A DNA stretch of 64,000 nt from Leptospirillia bacterium. Lineage in GTDB: Bacteria; Nitrospirota; JACRHL01. The first letter of the stretch is position 1, and every line of letters starts with the position of its first letter. Shown here one piece after another: positions 45,405-54,700 of this stretch. Where the stretch lies: positions 71,821 through 135,820 of the forward strand of contig JBHHVE010000001.1 in assembly GCA_046754085.1 (NCBI GenBank). The letters are read 5' to 3'. The translations under genes were made by a program, and so were the position numbers. The notes under the pieces were generated by a model, which was not told the DNA's origin, ran no database searches, and saw nothing but the letters and a program-made list of their open reading frames with translations.

Positions 45405-46211
45405 GTGACAGTGAAACGCATGATGGGGATGGCAGGGCTTGCTTCGGTGATGCTCCTGTTCGGTTCGGTGGTGGTGGGGCACGCCGCCCTGAGCGGCAAG
45501 GAAGTCATCCAGAAGTCCCGCAACCTGATGCAGGGCAAGGACCAGCGCTCCACGGTGACCCTGGAGCTGATCAACGCCGACGGCAGCACCCGAAAGATCG
45601 TGACCAAGCGTCTCTGGAGGGATTACGGCGGTGAGGATGGATACTCCGCCAAGACCGTGTTCTTCACCATGTTTCCGCCGGATTCCAAAGGGGTCGGATT
45701 TCTGATCTGGGATACCGCGGACGCCAGTAAAAAAGACCAGCTGTGGCTCTACCTGCCGTCCTTGCGGCAGGTGCGCAAGGTGAGCGTGCGGGATCAGGAC
45801 GATGCCTTCATGGGTTCCGATCTGACCTTCGCCGATATGGGTCAGCGTCTGCTGGATGAGGATACCCACACCCTGGTGGGGGAAGAGACCATCGACGGCA
45901 AGGCCTACTTCGTGGTCGAAAGCGTCCCGGTCGGTGAGTCGATCTACGGCAAGAAACGGCTGTGGGTCAGTCAGGACGACTACACCACCCTCAAAATCGA
46001 CTATTACGACACCAAAAATGACCTCTTGAAAACCCAGGCCATCACCTGGATTCGCCAGGGTGACTTGCGGGTCTATAAAGAACTGGACGTGAAAAATGTC
46101 CAGACCAACCATCGCACCATCTACACCATTACCGACCTTGAAACCAGCATCGGCCTCAAGGATCGGGACTTCTCCGAGCGGGGCCTCAAGAAGGGCTACC
46201 GCGGCCGCTAG
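45405..46211 (+). CDS. LolA-like outer-membrane lipoprotein-sorting family protein (periplasmic accessory of MMPL/RND exporters)
   Basis: Signal peptide (MTVKRMMGMAGLASVMLLFGSVVVGHA). Body motifs FTMFPPDSKGVGFLIWD...LWLYLPSLRQVRKVS...DLTFADM... are typical of the family found next to DUF1302/MMPL genes. Start inferred at GTG 45405; the listed ORF begins at TTG 45381. Confidence 0.6.
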   Translation: MTVKRMMGMAGLASVMLLFGSVVVGHAALSGKEVIQKSRNLMQGKDQRSTVTLELINADGSTRKIVTKRLWRDYGGEDGYSAKTVFFTMFPPDSKGVGFLIWDTADASKKDQLWLYLPSLRQVRKVSVRDQDDAFMGSDLTFADMGQRLLDEDTHTLVGEETIDGKAYFVVESVPVGESIYGKKRLWVSQDDYTTLKIDYYDTKNDLLKTQAITWIRQGDLRVYKELDVKNVQTNHRTIYTITDLETSIGLKDRDFSERGLKKGYRGR

Positions 46212-46224
46212 CCTGCAGGGGGGG

Positions 46225-47622
46225 ATGGTTGGTGCCATGACCCCGCCGGGGGCGCTCAGGCGCCGGACGCTCGCGTCTTTTCTTTTCGACAAATCAGCGT
46301 CGTCGTACCCGACCCCGGGGCTGGCGGCGCTGATTTGCGTTTTAATATGGCTGGTGCCGCCGTCAGCCCACGCCGAGGCCGAAATCGGCGGCCGCGTGCA
46401 GCAGGAGCTGGCCTACCGTTTCGGTGGCCACCCCACCCTGAGCAAAGCTCTGTCGTTCCTCCAGCTTGAAGCGGGCGAGCGGGTGGGTGCATTTTCCCGC
46501 CTCACCGTGATCGGACGCCTGTTCTATGACGGCGCGCTGGACGCACGGGGGGCTGAGCGGCTCAACCCCAGACTGACCCCTGCGGACGACGTGTCCGAGC
46601 ACTTTTTCGGCGCCGAGCTGAAGGAGGCCTATCTGGACTTTTTTACCGAGCGTGCGGACGTGCGGATCGGCCGACAGATTGTGCGCTGGGGCCTGCTGGA
46701 GGGGGCGCGCATCACGGATCGGATCAACCCCTTGGATTTTGGGGAATTTTTGTTCCGGGATGTGGAGGATCGTTACATCCCCCTGTGGATGGTGCGCACC
46801 GACTATTACCCGGATTGGGGTGAATTTCAGCTTCTTTTGATTCCCGACATGACGTTTCACCGTCCGGCCCCGGCCGGATCGGAGTGGGAGGAGTTTGAAA
46901 CGCCCCCCGGCGTCCGGGAACCCGCCACGTCAGTAAAAAATACCGAAGTGGGTGCCCGGATCGGATGGCGGGTGTGGGAAACCGACATAAATGCCAGTTA
47001 TTTCTATACTTGGGACGATTTTCCGGCAGCATTCCGGTCGGTTTTCGGTGTCGGGGGGAGCCCCGTGGGGGTGAGCCTGGATGCCCGCTACGAGCGTTTG
47101 CATATATTTGGCCTGTCCCTGTCAAAAAGTGTTCAAAAAACAGTCGTTTCATTTGAGGCTTCATACGATCACGGCAAGTACCTTGCAACAGACGCGGGCG
47201 CTATGCCCGGCAATGAGATCAAGCGGGATACCGTCAGGTGGGGAACCGGGCTGGACTTGAACCTGTGGGGTGTGGATGTGTCGATGTTCTACTTTCAGGA
47301 GCACGTGTTGCACTGGGAGCCGTTTATCCCGGTCAGCCGCCAGGATGAAGCTGCCAGCCTGATGGTTCGTGAAAAGTTTATGAATGATCGCCTTGAAGCC
47401 CACCTGCTTGTGCTTTACTTCAACACCGGTCACCAGTACGTGGCCCGGCCCGGGGTGAGCTGGCAGTTCACCGACCGGGTGGGGATGACCGCGGGGGTGG
47501 ACCTGTTGGGAGGCGAGCGCGGCAGCAACCCCGGCGACGTTACCGGGGCAAGGGATTTCAGATTTGTCGGATATTTCAGGGAGTACGACCGCGCCCACAT
47601 GGCGGTAAGCTACCGATTTTAG
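46225..47622 (+). CDS. DUF1302-like outer-membrane protein
   Basis: Signal peptide (LAALICVLIWLVPPSAHA). Aromatic-rich beta-strand pattern with C-terminal ...AVSYRF. The listed ORF starts at 46096, overlapping the previous gene; Met codons near 46225-46237 are more plausible starts. Confidence 0.5.
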   Translation: MVGAMTPPGALRRRTLASFLFDKSASSYPTPGLAALICVLIWLVPPSAHAEAEIGGRVQQELAYRFGGHPTLSKALSFLQLEAGERVGAFSRLTVIGRLFYDGALDARGAERLNPRLTPADDVSEHFFGAELKEAYLDFFTERADVRIGRQIVRWGLLEGARITDRINPLDFGEFLFRDVEDRYIPLWMVRTDYYPDWGEFQLLLIPDMTFHRPAPAGSEWEEFETPPGVREPATSVKNTEVGARIGWRVWETDINASYFYTWDDFPAAFRSVFGVGGSPVGVSLDARYERLHIFGLSLSKSVQKTVVSFEASYDHGKYLATDAGAMPGNEIKRDTVRWGTGLDLNLWGVDVSMFYFQEHVLHWEPFIPVSRQDEAASLMVREKFMNDRLEAHLLVLYFNTGHQYVARPGVSWQFTDRVGMTAGVDLLGGERGSNPGDVTGARDFRFVGYFREYDRAHMAVSYRF

Positions 47623-47701
47623 AGCCGCAGGCCCCACGCGCCCGCCGGAGGGAACCGGTGGGCCGGGCCGTGGATGTTAAGGAACGGGAAAGGAGTCCAC
47701 A

Positions 47702-50287
47702 TTGAGACGCTACGTTGAGGCCATTTTGAAGTGGCCGCTCGTCACCATCCTGGCGCTGCTTCTGGTGACGGTGTTTTTTGCCGCTCAGGTCGGCCATCTG
47801 AAAATGGTGCTGGACCCCAAAAGGATCCTGCCCCAGAGCCACCCGTTCGTTCAGCTTAACAACAAAATCGAGGAACACTTCGGCGGCAGCCGGGTGGTGG
47901 TGATCGGGGTCACGGTGAAGGAGGGGGACATCTTCAACCCCGATACACTGGGCAAGATCAAGCGTATCACCGAGGCGGTCAAGGGGGTGGACGGCATCCT
48001 TGAGGAGAACGTGATCTCCATCGCCGACCGCAAGATCAAGTACATCAAGTCCACCACGGACGGCCTCGACATCCGTCGCATGATGGGGGAGGTTCCGACC
48101 ACCCCGGAGGGTCTTGCCCAACTGCGCGAGAACGTCTTCATCAACGACATGTATGTCAATTCACTGGTTTCGGAAGACGGCAAGAGCGCCGCCATCATCA
48201 CCGACTTCAGCGGCGGTGGCGGCTCCTCCGACTGGTGGGACAAGATGATGGCGGACAGCTCCTTTATCCAGATCCCCGATCTGGTCACCGAGGCGGTGGC
48301 CGCCGAGGAGTGGACCGCCGAGGAGATGGAAGCCTGGTGGGCCAGCCAGGGCGGTAAACCGTGGGAACAGGGGGCAAAAGGCGCCACCGGAGCCACCGGA
48401 GCCACCGGGGCGGCCGAAGGTGCTGACACCGCTCCGGCGGAGATCGTTGCCATGCCGGAAGACGGCAACTGGGAGGAGTTCGCCGCCCAGTGGTACGTGC
48501 CCGACTCCAAGATTTACGAGAACCTGGAAGCCATCGCCGCCCGGGAGCGCGACGCCAACACCAGCGTACACCTGGGTGGCCTTCCCATTGCCCTGGCGTT
48601 TCTGGAAAAAGACGCCCTCCTGATGAACCAGTTGGTGTTTCCGATCGCCGTGGGGGTGGTGCTGGTGGTGCTGTTCGGTGCGTTCTTCAGCGCCCAGGGT
48701 GTGATTATTCCGCTGTTGACCGCGACCCTGAGCGTGATCTGGGCGCTGGGGGCGATGGCGATCTTCAAAATTCCCCTCGACCCGTGGACCCAGACCCTGA
48801 CGCCGATTTTGATCGTGGCCATCGCCGCCGGCCATTCCATTCAGATTCTCAAACGCTATTACGAGGAGATGGGCCGAACCGGGGGAGACAACCGGGAATC
48901 GGTGCTGATCGCCACCACCAAAATCGGCCCGGTGATGATTACCGCGGGTCTGGTGGCTGCGGCCAGCTTCGCCTCGCTGATCACCTTCGATTTAAAAACA
49001 TTTCAGTCGTTCGGCATGTTTACCGCGTTTGGTATCCTGTCGGCGCTGGCGCTGGAGATGTCCTTTATCCCGGCGCTCCGTTCCATGCTGCGCGCGCCTT
49101 CGGAGGCGGCGCTCGAGCGGATGACCGGCCGCAAGGGGTGGATTGACCGGGCCGGGGAGATGCTGGCGTCCCAGGCGGTGGGCGAGCGTCCGCGCGTTGT
49201 TTTGTACTCCGTCATCGCGGTGCTGCTTGTCTCTCTGGCGTTTTCCGGCAACGTGGTGGTGAACAACTCCCTTAAGGGGCAGTTTTTCGAGGACACCCAA
49301 CTCAGAGTCGACGAGGCCGCCATCAACACCGCCTTTGGCGGCACCACCACCTTCTACGTGCTGATCGAGGGGGAAGAACCGGGGGCGCTCAAGGATCCGG
49401 AGGTGCTCAAGGGGGTGGAGCGTCTGCAAAAGCGGTTCGAGGCGGTGTCCGGGGTTGGCAAGACCCAGTCCTACGTGGATTACGTGAAGAAGATGAACCG
49501 CTCCTTCAATGCCGATGACCCGGCGTTTGATGTGGTGCCGGATCGACGTGAGGAGGTGTCGGACTTCCTGTTCCTCTACTCCATCTCCGGCAACCCGGCG
49601 GACTTCCGGCGGCTGGTGGACTACGACTATCAGAAGGCGGTGCTGTGGGCCTTTTTGAAGGACGACAGCACCCGGCTGGCGGAGGAGTTGATCAACATCA
49701 CCGAGTCCTTCGCCAAGGATAACTTCCCGGAAGGTGTGAGCGTCGGGGTGGCGGGCAGTTCGCCCGTGACGGTAGCCCTGAACGACACCATCGTCGACGG
49801 CAAGCTGCGTAACATCCTGCAAATCGGCAGTATCACCTTCCTGATTTCCTGCATCGTGCTGCGCTCGTTCCTGGGCGGTTTTCTGGTGCTGGTGCCGCTG
49901 CTCTCCGCAGTGACCATCAACTTCGGCATTATGGGTGCCTTCGGCATCACCCTCGGCATCGGCACCGCGACCATCTCGGCCATGGCGGTCGGCATCGGCG
50001 CGGACTTTGCGATCTATATCCTGTTTCGCTGCCGCGAGGAGTTTGCCCGTGCCGGAGACGTGACGGAAGCGGTACGGGCCACGGTTCAGACCGCGGGCAA
50101 GGCGGTGATTTTCGTTGCCCTGGCCATCGGGCTGGGGTGCGCCACCCTGTCGGTGGCGGGCTATTACCGCCACATGGAAGGGGTCCTGATTCCATTGGCC
50201 ATGTTAACCGGCAGTCTGGGCGCCCTGACGATTCTGCCGACGATCGCATTCAAAATGCGGCCGGCGTTTATTTTTAACCGGAGGTAA
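47702..50287 (+). CDS. MMPL/RND-superfamily exporter (HpnN-like)
   Basis: 861 aa. Two 6-TM bundles (IAVGVVLVVLFGAFFSAQGVIIPLL... and FLVLVPLLSAVTINFGIMGAFGI...), each preceded by a large periplasmic domain. This is the MMPL architecture. Confidence 0.85.
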   Translation: MRRYVEAILKWPLVTILALLLVTVFFAAQVGHLKMVLDPKRILPQSHPFVQLNNKIEEHFGGSRVVVIGVTVKEGDIFNPDTLGKIKRITEAVKGVDGILEENVISIADRKIKYIKSTTDGLDIRRMMGEVPTTPEGLAQLRENVFINDMYVNSLVSEDGKSAAIITDFSGGGGSSDWWDKMMADSSFIQIPDLVTEAVAAEEWTAEEMEAWWASQGGKPWEQGAKGATGATGATGAAEGADTAPAEIVAMPEDGNWEEFAAQWYVPDSKIYENLEAIAARERDANTSVHLGGLPIALAFLEKDALLMNQLVFPIAVGVVLVVLFGAFFSAQGVIIPLLTATLSVIWALGAMAIFKIPLDPWTQTLTPILIVAIAAGHSIQILKRYYEEMGRTGGDNRESVLIATTKIGPVMITAGLVAAASFASLITFDLKTFQSFGMFTAFGILSALALEMSFIPALRSMLRAPSEAALERMTGRKGWIDRAGEMLASQAVGERPRVVLYSVIAVLLVSLAFSGNVVVNNSLKGQFFEDTQLRVDEAAINTAFGGTTTFYVLIEGEEPGALKDPEVLKGVERLQKRFEAVSGVGKTQSYVDYVKKMNRSFNADDPAFDVVPDRREEVSDFLFLYSISGNPADFRRLVDYDYQKAVLWAFLKDDSTRLAEELINITESFAKDNFPEGVSVGVAGSSPVTVALNDTIVDGKLRNILQIGSITFLISCIVLRSFLGGFLVLVPLLSAVTINFGIMGAFGITLGIGTATISAMAVGIGADFAIYILFRCREEFARAGDVTEAVRATVQTAGKAVIFVALAIGLGCATLSVAGYYRHMEGVLIPLAMLTGSLGALTILPTIAFKMRPAFIFNRR

Positions 50288-50345
50288 TCGGAACGGAGTT
50301 CACTTCGCGGGCAATGCCCGGCAAGCATTCCAAACCTGAAATCGG

Positions 50346-51392
50346 ATGGCGTCTTTCGTGTGCATAAAGGGCCGGGGGGTGGCCCAATGGACGTCCGGGC
50401 GGTGGATTGTGGCCGCCCTGTGGGTGTTCCTGACATTTCTGGTTCTGCCGGCTTCGGGGATGGCCGCGGAAGATGAGACCCGGGTGGAAGATGAACCGCT
50501 CACCTTCGGCCGCTGGAGTGTGGGTCTGTCCGCCGGTTCCTATGCCCCCGACATCCGCCAGTTGAACAATGCCCTGGGTACCGCGGGGCTTGTGCTGTTG
50601 CAGGATCCCAACTTCCTGATTCCGAGAAACGAGAACCTGCCGGTGGAGATCCGCGACGTGGCGGTGCCGGAATTGACCTCCAACGGCAGTTACGGCCTGG
50701 AGGTCCAGTGGCACTGGCATCCGCGCACCTCTTTTGTGGTGTCTCTGGCCAACTGGCAGGGCCGAACCGGGGCCTCCGACCAAATCACCATGGCCCTGCG
50801 CTCCAACCTGCCGCCGATCCAGGTGCCGCGCACGGCGCGCTATAACCTGAACATCAACCAGATCTGGCTGGGCTGGCGCTATCAGTTTTTCAAACGCCCG
50901 GAGATCGGACAGCTCTACGTCAATATCGGCCTGGCCGGGTTTGCCGTGGTGGATCTCAGCATGGATGCCCTGCTGAAGGTGAGCGAAGCCAGTGATGAAA
51001 TTGATCTTAGCTTTGCATCGATCAGTTCCACCGAGGTCCACGGCACCGCCTACTCCACCAAATATGGCGCCGGTGGCGAATTTTTCCTGTCCAAGCACAC
51101 GTCCGTGGGGTTCCACGTCAACTATGTATTCGGTGAACTCGATTCGTTTCGGGTGAGCCGCTACTTCCCGTCCGGCTTCTCGGAACTACCGCCGGTCCCG
51201 CCGCAGGCGACCGGCGGCTTGCCGGACAATACGCTGCCCCCGAACTTTGCACAGCCCAATCCGGGCGAGCAGTTGCAGGAGGGGGACATCACCTATCCCA
51301 CGGAGGGGGTGGAGCGGCTCGACAATCCCCGCCCCGTGTTAATGGACCTGGATGGCTGGGAGATGGGTCTGATGTTCCGAGTCTACTACTAA
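50346..51392 (+). CDS. Putative outer-membrane beta-barrel protein
   Basis: 348 aa. Signal peptide (WIVAALWVFLTFLVLPASGMAAEDE). Alternating hydrophobic beta-strand pattern with aromatic C-terminus ...GLMFRVYY. Confidence 0.45.
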   Translation: MASFVCIKGRGVAQWTSGRWIVAALWVFLTFLVLPASGMAAEDETRVEDEPLTFGRWSVGLSAGSYAPDIRQLNNALGTAGLVLLQDPNFLIPRNENLPVEIRDVAVPELTSNGSYGLEVQWHWHPRTSFVVSLANWQGRTGASDQITMALRSNLPPIQVPRTARYNLNINQIWLGWRYQFFKRPEIGQLYVNIGLAGFAVVDLSMDALLKVSEASDEIDLSFASISSTEVHGTAYSTKYGAGGEFFLSKHTSVGFHVNYVFGELDSFRVSRYFPSGFSELPPVPPQATGGLPDNTLPPNFAQPNPGEQLQEGDITYPTEGVERLDNPRPVLMDLDGWEMGLMFRVYY

Positions 51393-51761
51393 AAAAACCG
51401 CAAAAGCCGCCGGGAGGGGACTGATTGCGTCGCCGGTACGGTGCTCGGCCCCCCCGACATACCGGAGTACGCCTTTGCCCCCTGTATTTTCGGCTGAAAA
51501 GTCTATTTTGACGTCGGTTTCCGGCGCTTCCCGGGTTTTTTTAAGGAAATGCATCCGTTTTAATCCGAAATCTTCTGGTGCTGAAATGCCGGGTTTCCGG
51601 CAAAAATCCCTCCTTCGTGGGATTTTTATATAACAAATCAATAGGTTACGGATAGCTCCGCGTTGGCCTGAAATGTGCATTTACCACCCTTGGTGCGCTT
51701 TTGCTTAAGGCGTTTCCCGCCGAAAAGTATGGCGATGGTGTGATGGCGATGGTGGTGGTGA

Positions 51762-54700
51762 ATGGCTCAGGCCCAGAACGAACAACATAGCCACGGGTCC
51801 GCAAGACGCCTGGGCAGGGCTTTTGCTCTGCTCCTGCTGTTCTGCGGCGGTGTCTTTGCCGGATGGCAGGCCATTCAGGAAGGCACCCGTGCCGCCGACC
51901 CCGTCACCGTCCAGGGGCCGTCCTATCAGGCCCGGTTCGACGGTTCCGGCCTCTCCATGCACATGGAGCGCGGCCGCAAGTATCGCCTCGACATCGGTAC
52001 CGAGCGGGTGACCACCGGCGAATACACCCTTTTCGACGCAAAACTGGGCGGTGCCCTCTGGGAGATGGAGCCGCATCTGACGTTTGACTCCCTGACCGAC
52101 GTCACCAGCTTTTCCCGTAAATCCTCCAGCGCCGCCCGCTACCGCCTGGCGAAAGGCCTGAGTCAGCGTTTCATCGCCCGTGACTTTGGTGTCGAACAGA
52201 TCTGGGAGGTCGAAAAAATACCCTCCGGCGGCGATCTGACCATCACCAACCGCATCGTCACCCCCTTGACCGCCCGCACCGAAGCCGGCGGTGTGGTGCG
52301 TTTCTATACCGCCGATGGTCACTACGTTACCTCCTACGGTCAGGCCACCATCACCGACCGTGCCGGACGCCGCCTGCTGGTGGATTCCAAGCTGGCCGCC
52401 GTGGACGCCGATGCGGCCGATGCATCCGGTGGGTCGGGCGAGCCCGGTGACAACCATTATCTGATCGCCCTGAACCTGCCGGAAGAGTGGCTTGCGACTG
52501 CCGAATACCCGGTCATCATCGATCCGCTCATCGGGGTCGAGATTCCGGTGGCGTCCATTCCCGGTACCCTGGAGCACGATCCGGAGATTGCCGTTGGCGG
52601 CACCGAGCACCTGGTGGTGTTTACCGAGCAGGTGGGCGCCCTGGGGGCGGTACACGGCATCCGTCTGACCATCAACGGCGCGGTGCAGCTTCCCGAGATT
52701 ACCATCAGCGGCGCCGGTGACGCCCACTCCCCCGACGTGGCTTTCGATGGCACCGACTGGTTCGTAACGTGGGTGGAGGACGACGACATCATGGGCGCGT
52801 TCGTGGACGCCACCGGTGTGGTGAGCGGCACCGTTGCGCTCACCGCCGACGGCGCCACCCTCATCGATGCGGTGCCCAAGGTGGCCTACAATGTCACCAA
52901 TAACCAGTTCCTGGTGGTGTGGGAACGCGACATCAACATCTCGGCCGCCTTCGTGAACGGCACCACCGGTCTGCCCGGTGCGGTGTTCAATATCTCCGCC
53001 ACCACGGCCACCGAGACCAACCCGAGCTTGTCGTTCATCCCCCAGAAGGGGCAGGGTAATGACACCGTTGACTACTTCATGGTGGGCTGGGTGGCAGACA
53101 ACAACGTCTACGCCACCCGGGTGGATGGCACCGGCACCGTGGATCCGGTGGCCCTCACCATCATGGACGGCGGCATCACCGGGGCCACCCTGGCCACTTC
53201 GGTGGCGGTGGGCAGCGACCCCACCGACTGGGCGGCCAACTTCATCATCATCTGGACCGACGACCGCAACGCCGCGGGCGATGAGGATGTGTGGGCGGTG
53301 CGGGTGACCAAGGAAGCCACCCTCATGGACGTGACCGACATTTCGGTGTCGGCGGCGCCCGGCAGTGAAACCGAGGTGGACGCCCTGCTGGTGGGGGGCT
53401 CCACCTACTTCATCACCTGGACCCACCGGGCCCGCGCCTCCCAACCGGATATCTTTGCCTCCCGCCTGCTGTTCGGCAGCGGTCTGGTGATGGATCCGGG
53501 CGGCATCGAGGTGGCCATCACCGGCAGCGCCCAGACCCAGCCCGCCATCTCCTGGGACGGCACCAACTACATGGTGGTGTGGAGCGACGACCGGGATACC
53601 GGTTTCTCCGACGTCTATGCCCAGCGCATTCCCAACGTTTTCCCGGAAGCGCCCACGGCGCTCGTTGCCGCCGATACCCCTGGCGACCTGGGCGGCAGTG
53701 TGGACCTGTCCTGGAGCCCCTCGGCGAGCGCCGGCGTGACCCAGCAACGCATCTACCGGGAAACCGCCGCCGACGGTCAGTTCACCAACCTGATCCAGAC
53801 CATCACCGGCAACGCCACCAACACCTACACCGACACCGACCCGGCCCTGGTGGACGACACCACCTATTACTATGTGGTGCGCGCCTTCGACGGCACCTAC
53901 GAGAGTGGCGACTCGCTGATGGCCTCCGCCGCGCCTCACGACAACATTACGGTCAACGCCTTCTTCAGCAGCATCTCCCAGGCGGTTTCCGAGGGTGGCC
54001 CTCCGGGAACCACCAACGCGACCGCCCGGGTGCAACTCACCAACCTGTCCGGCACGGACGTGACGGTGCCGTTTACGGTGGATGTCCTGTCCACCGCCAC
54101 CCTCGGTACCGACTACACCATCAGCCCGGCCTCACCGCTCACCATCACGGCGGGACAGGCATTTGCCGACATCACCGTCACCCTTACCGGCGACACCGAC
54201 TTCGAGCCGGATGAGACCGTGGTGATTAATCTGGGCACGCCCACCGGTGCGGGTTTGGGCACCCCCACCAGCCACACGGTAAACATCACCAACGACGATA
54301 TACAGCCCTCCGTCACCTTCGCCCTCGGCGCCCAGAACAGCAACGAGGGGTTGGCGGCGACGGTCCCGGTGACACTGAATCTTTCCGCACTCTCGGCCTG
54401 GGATGTGACGGTGCCGTACACCATCGGCGCCGCTTCCACCGCCAGCGGCGCCGGCGTGGATTACTCCCTGGCCCCGGCGGGTCAGGTGGTGATTTCCGCC
54501 GGTCAGATTTCCGCCGATCTTTCCGTGACAGTGGTGAACGACCTGCTGCACGAGACCGCCAGTGAGACGGTGATTGTGGACATGGACACTGTGGGTCTGG
54601 TGAACGCCACCGCCGGCGCCACGGTGCAGCACACCCTGAACATCGTGGACGACGATACCGAACCGGTGGTGACCTTCGCACTCGGCGCATCGAGTATTTC

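Noticed and set aside
44130-46292. 720-aa minus-strand ORF
   Set aside because: It is antisense to the O-methyltransferase and the LolA-like gene. Both have recognisable motifs, SD sequences and signal peptides on the + strand.
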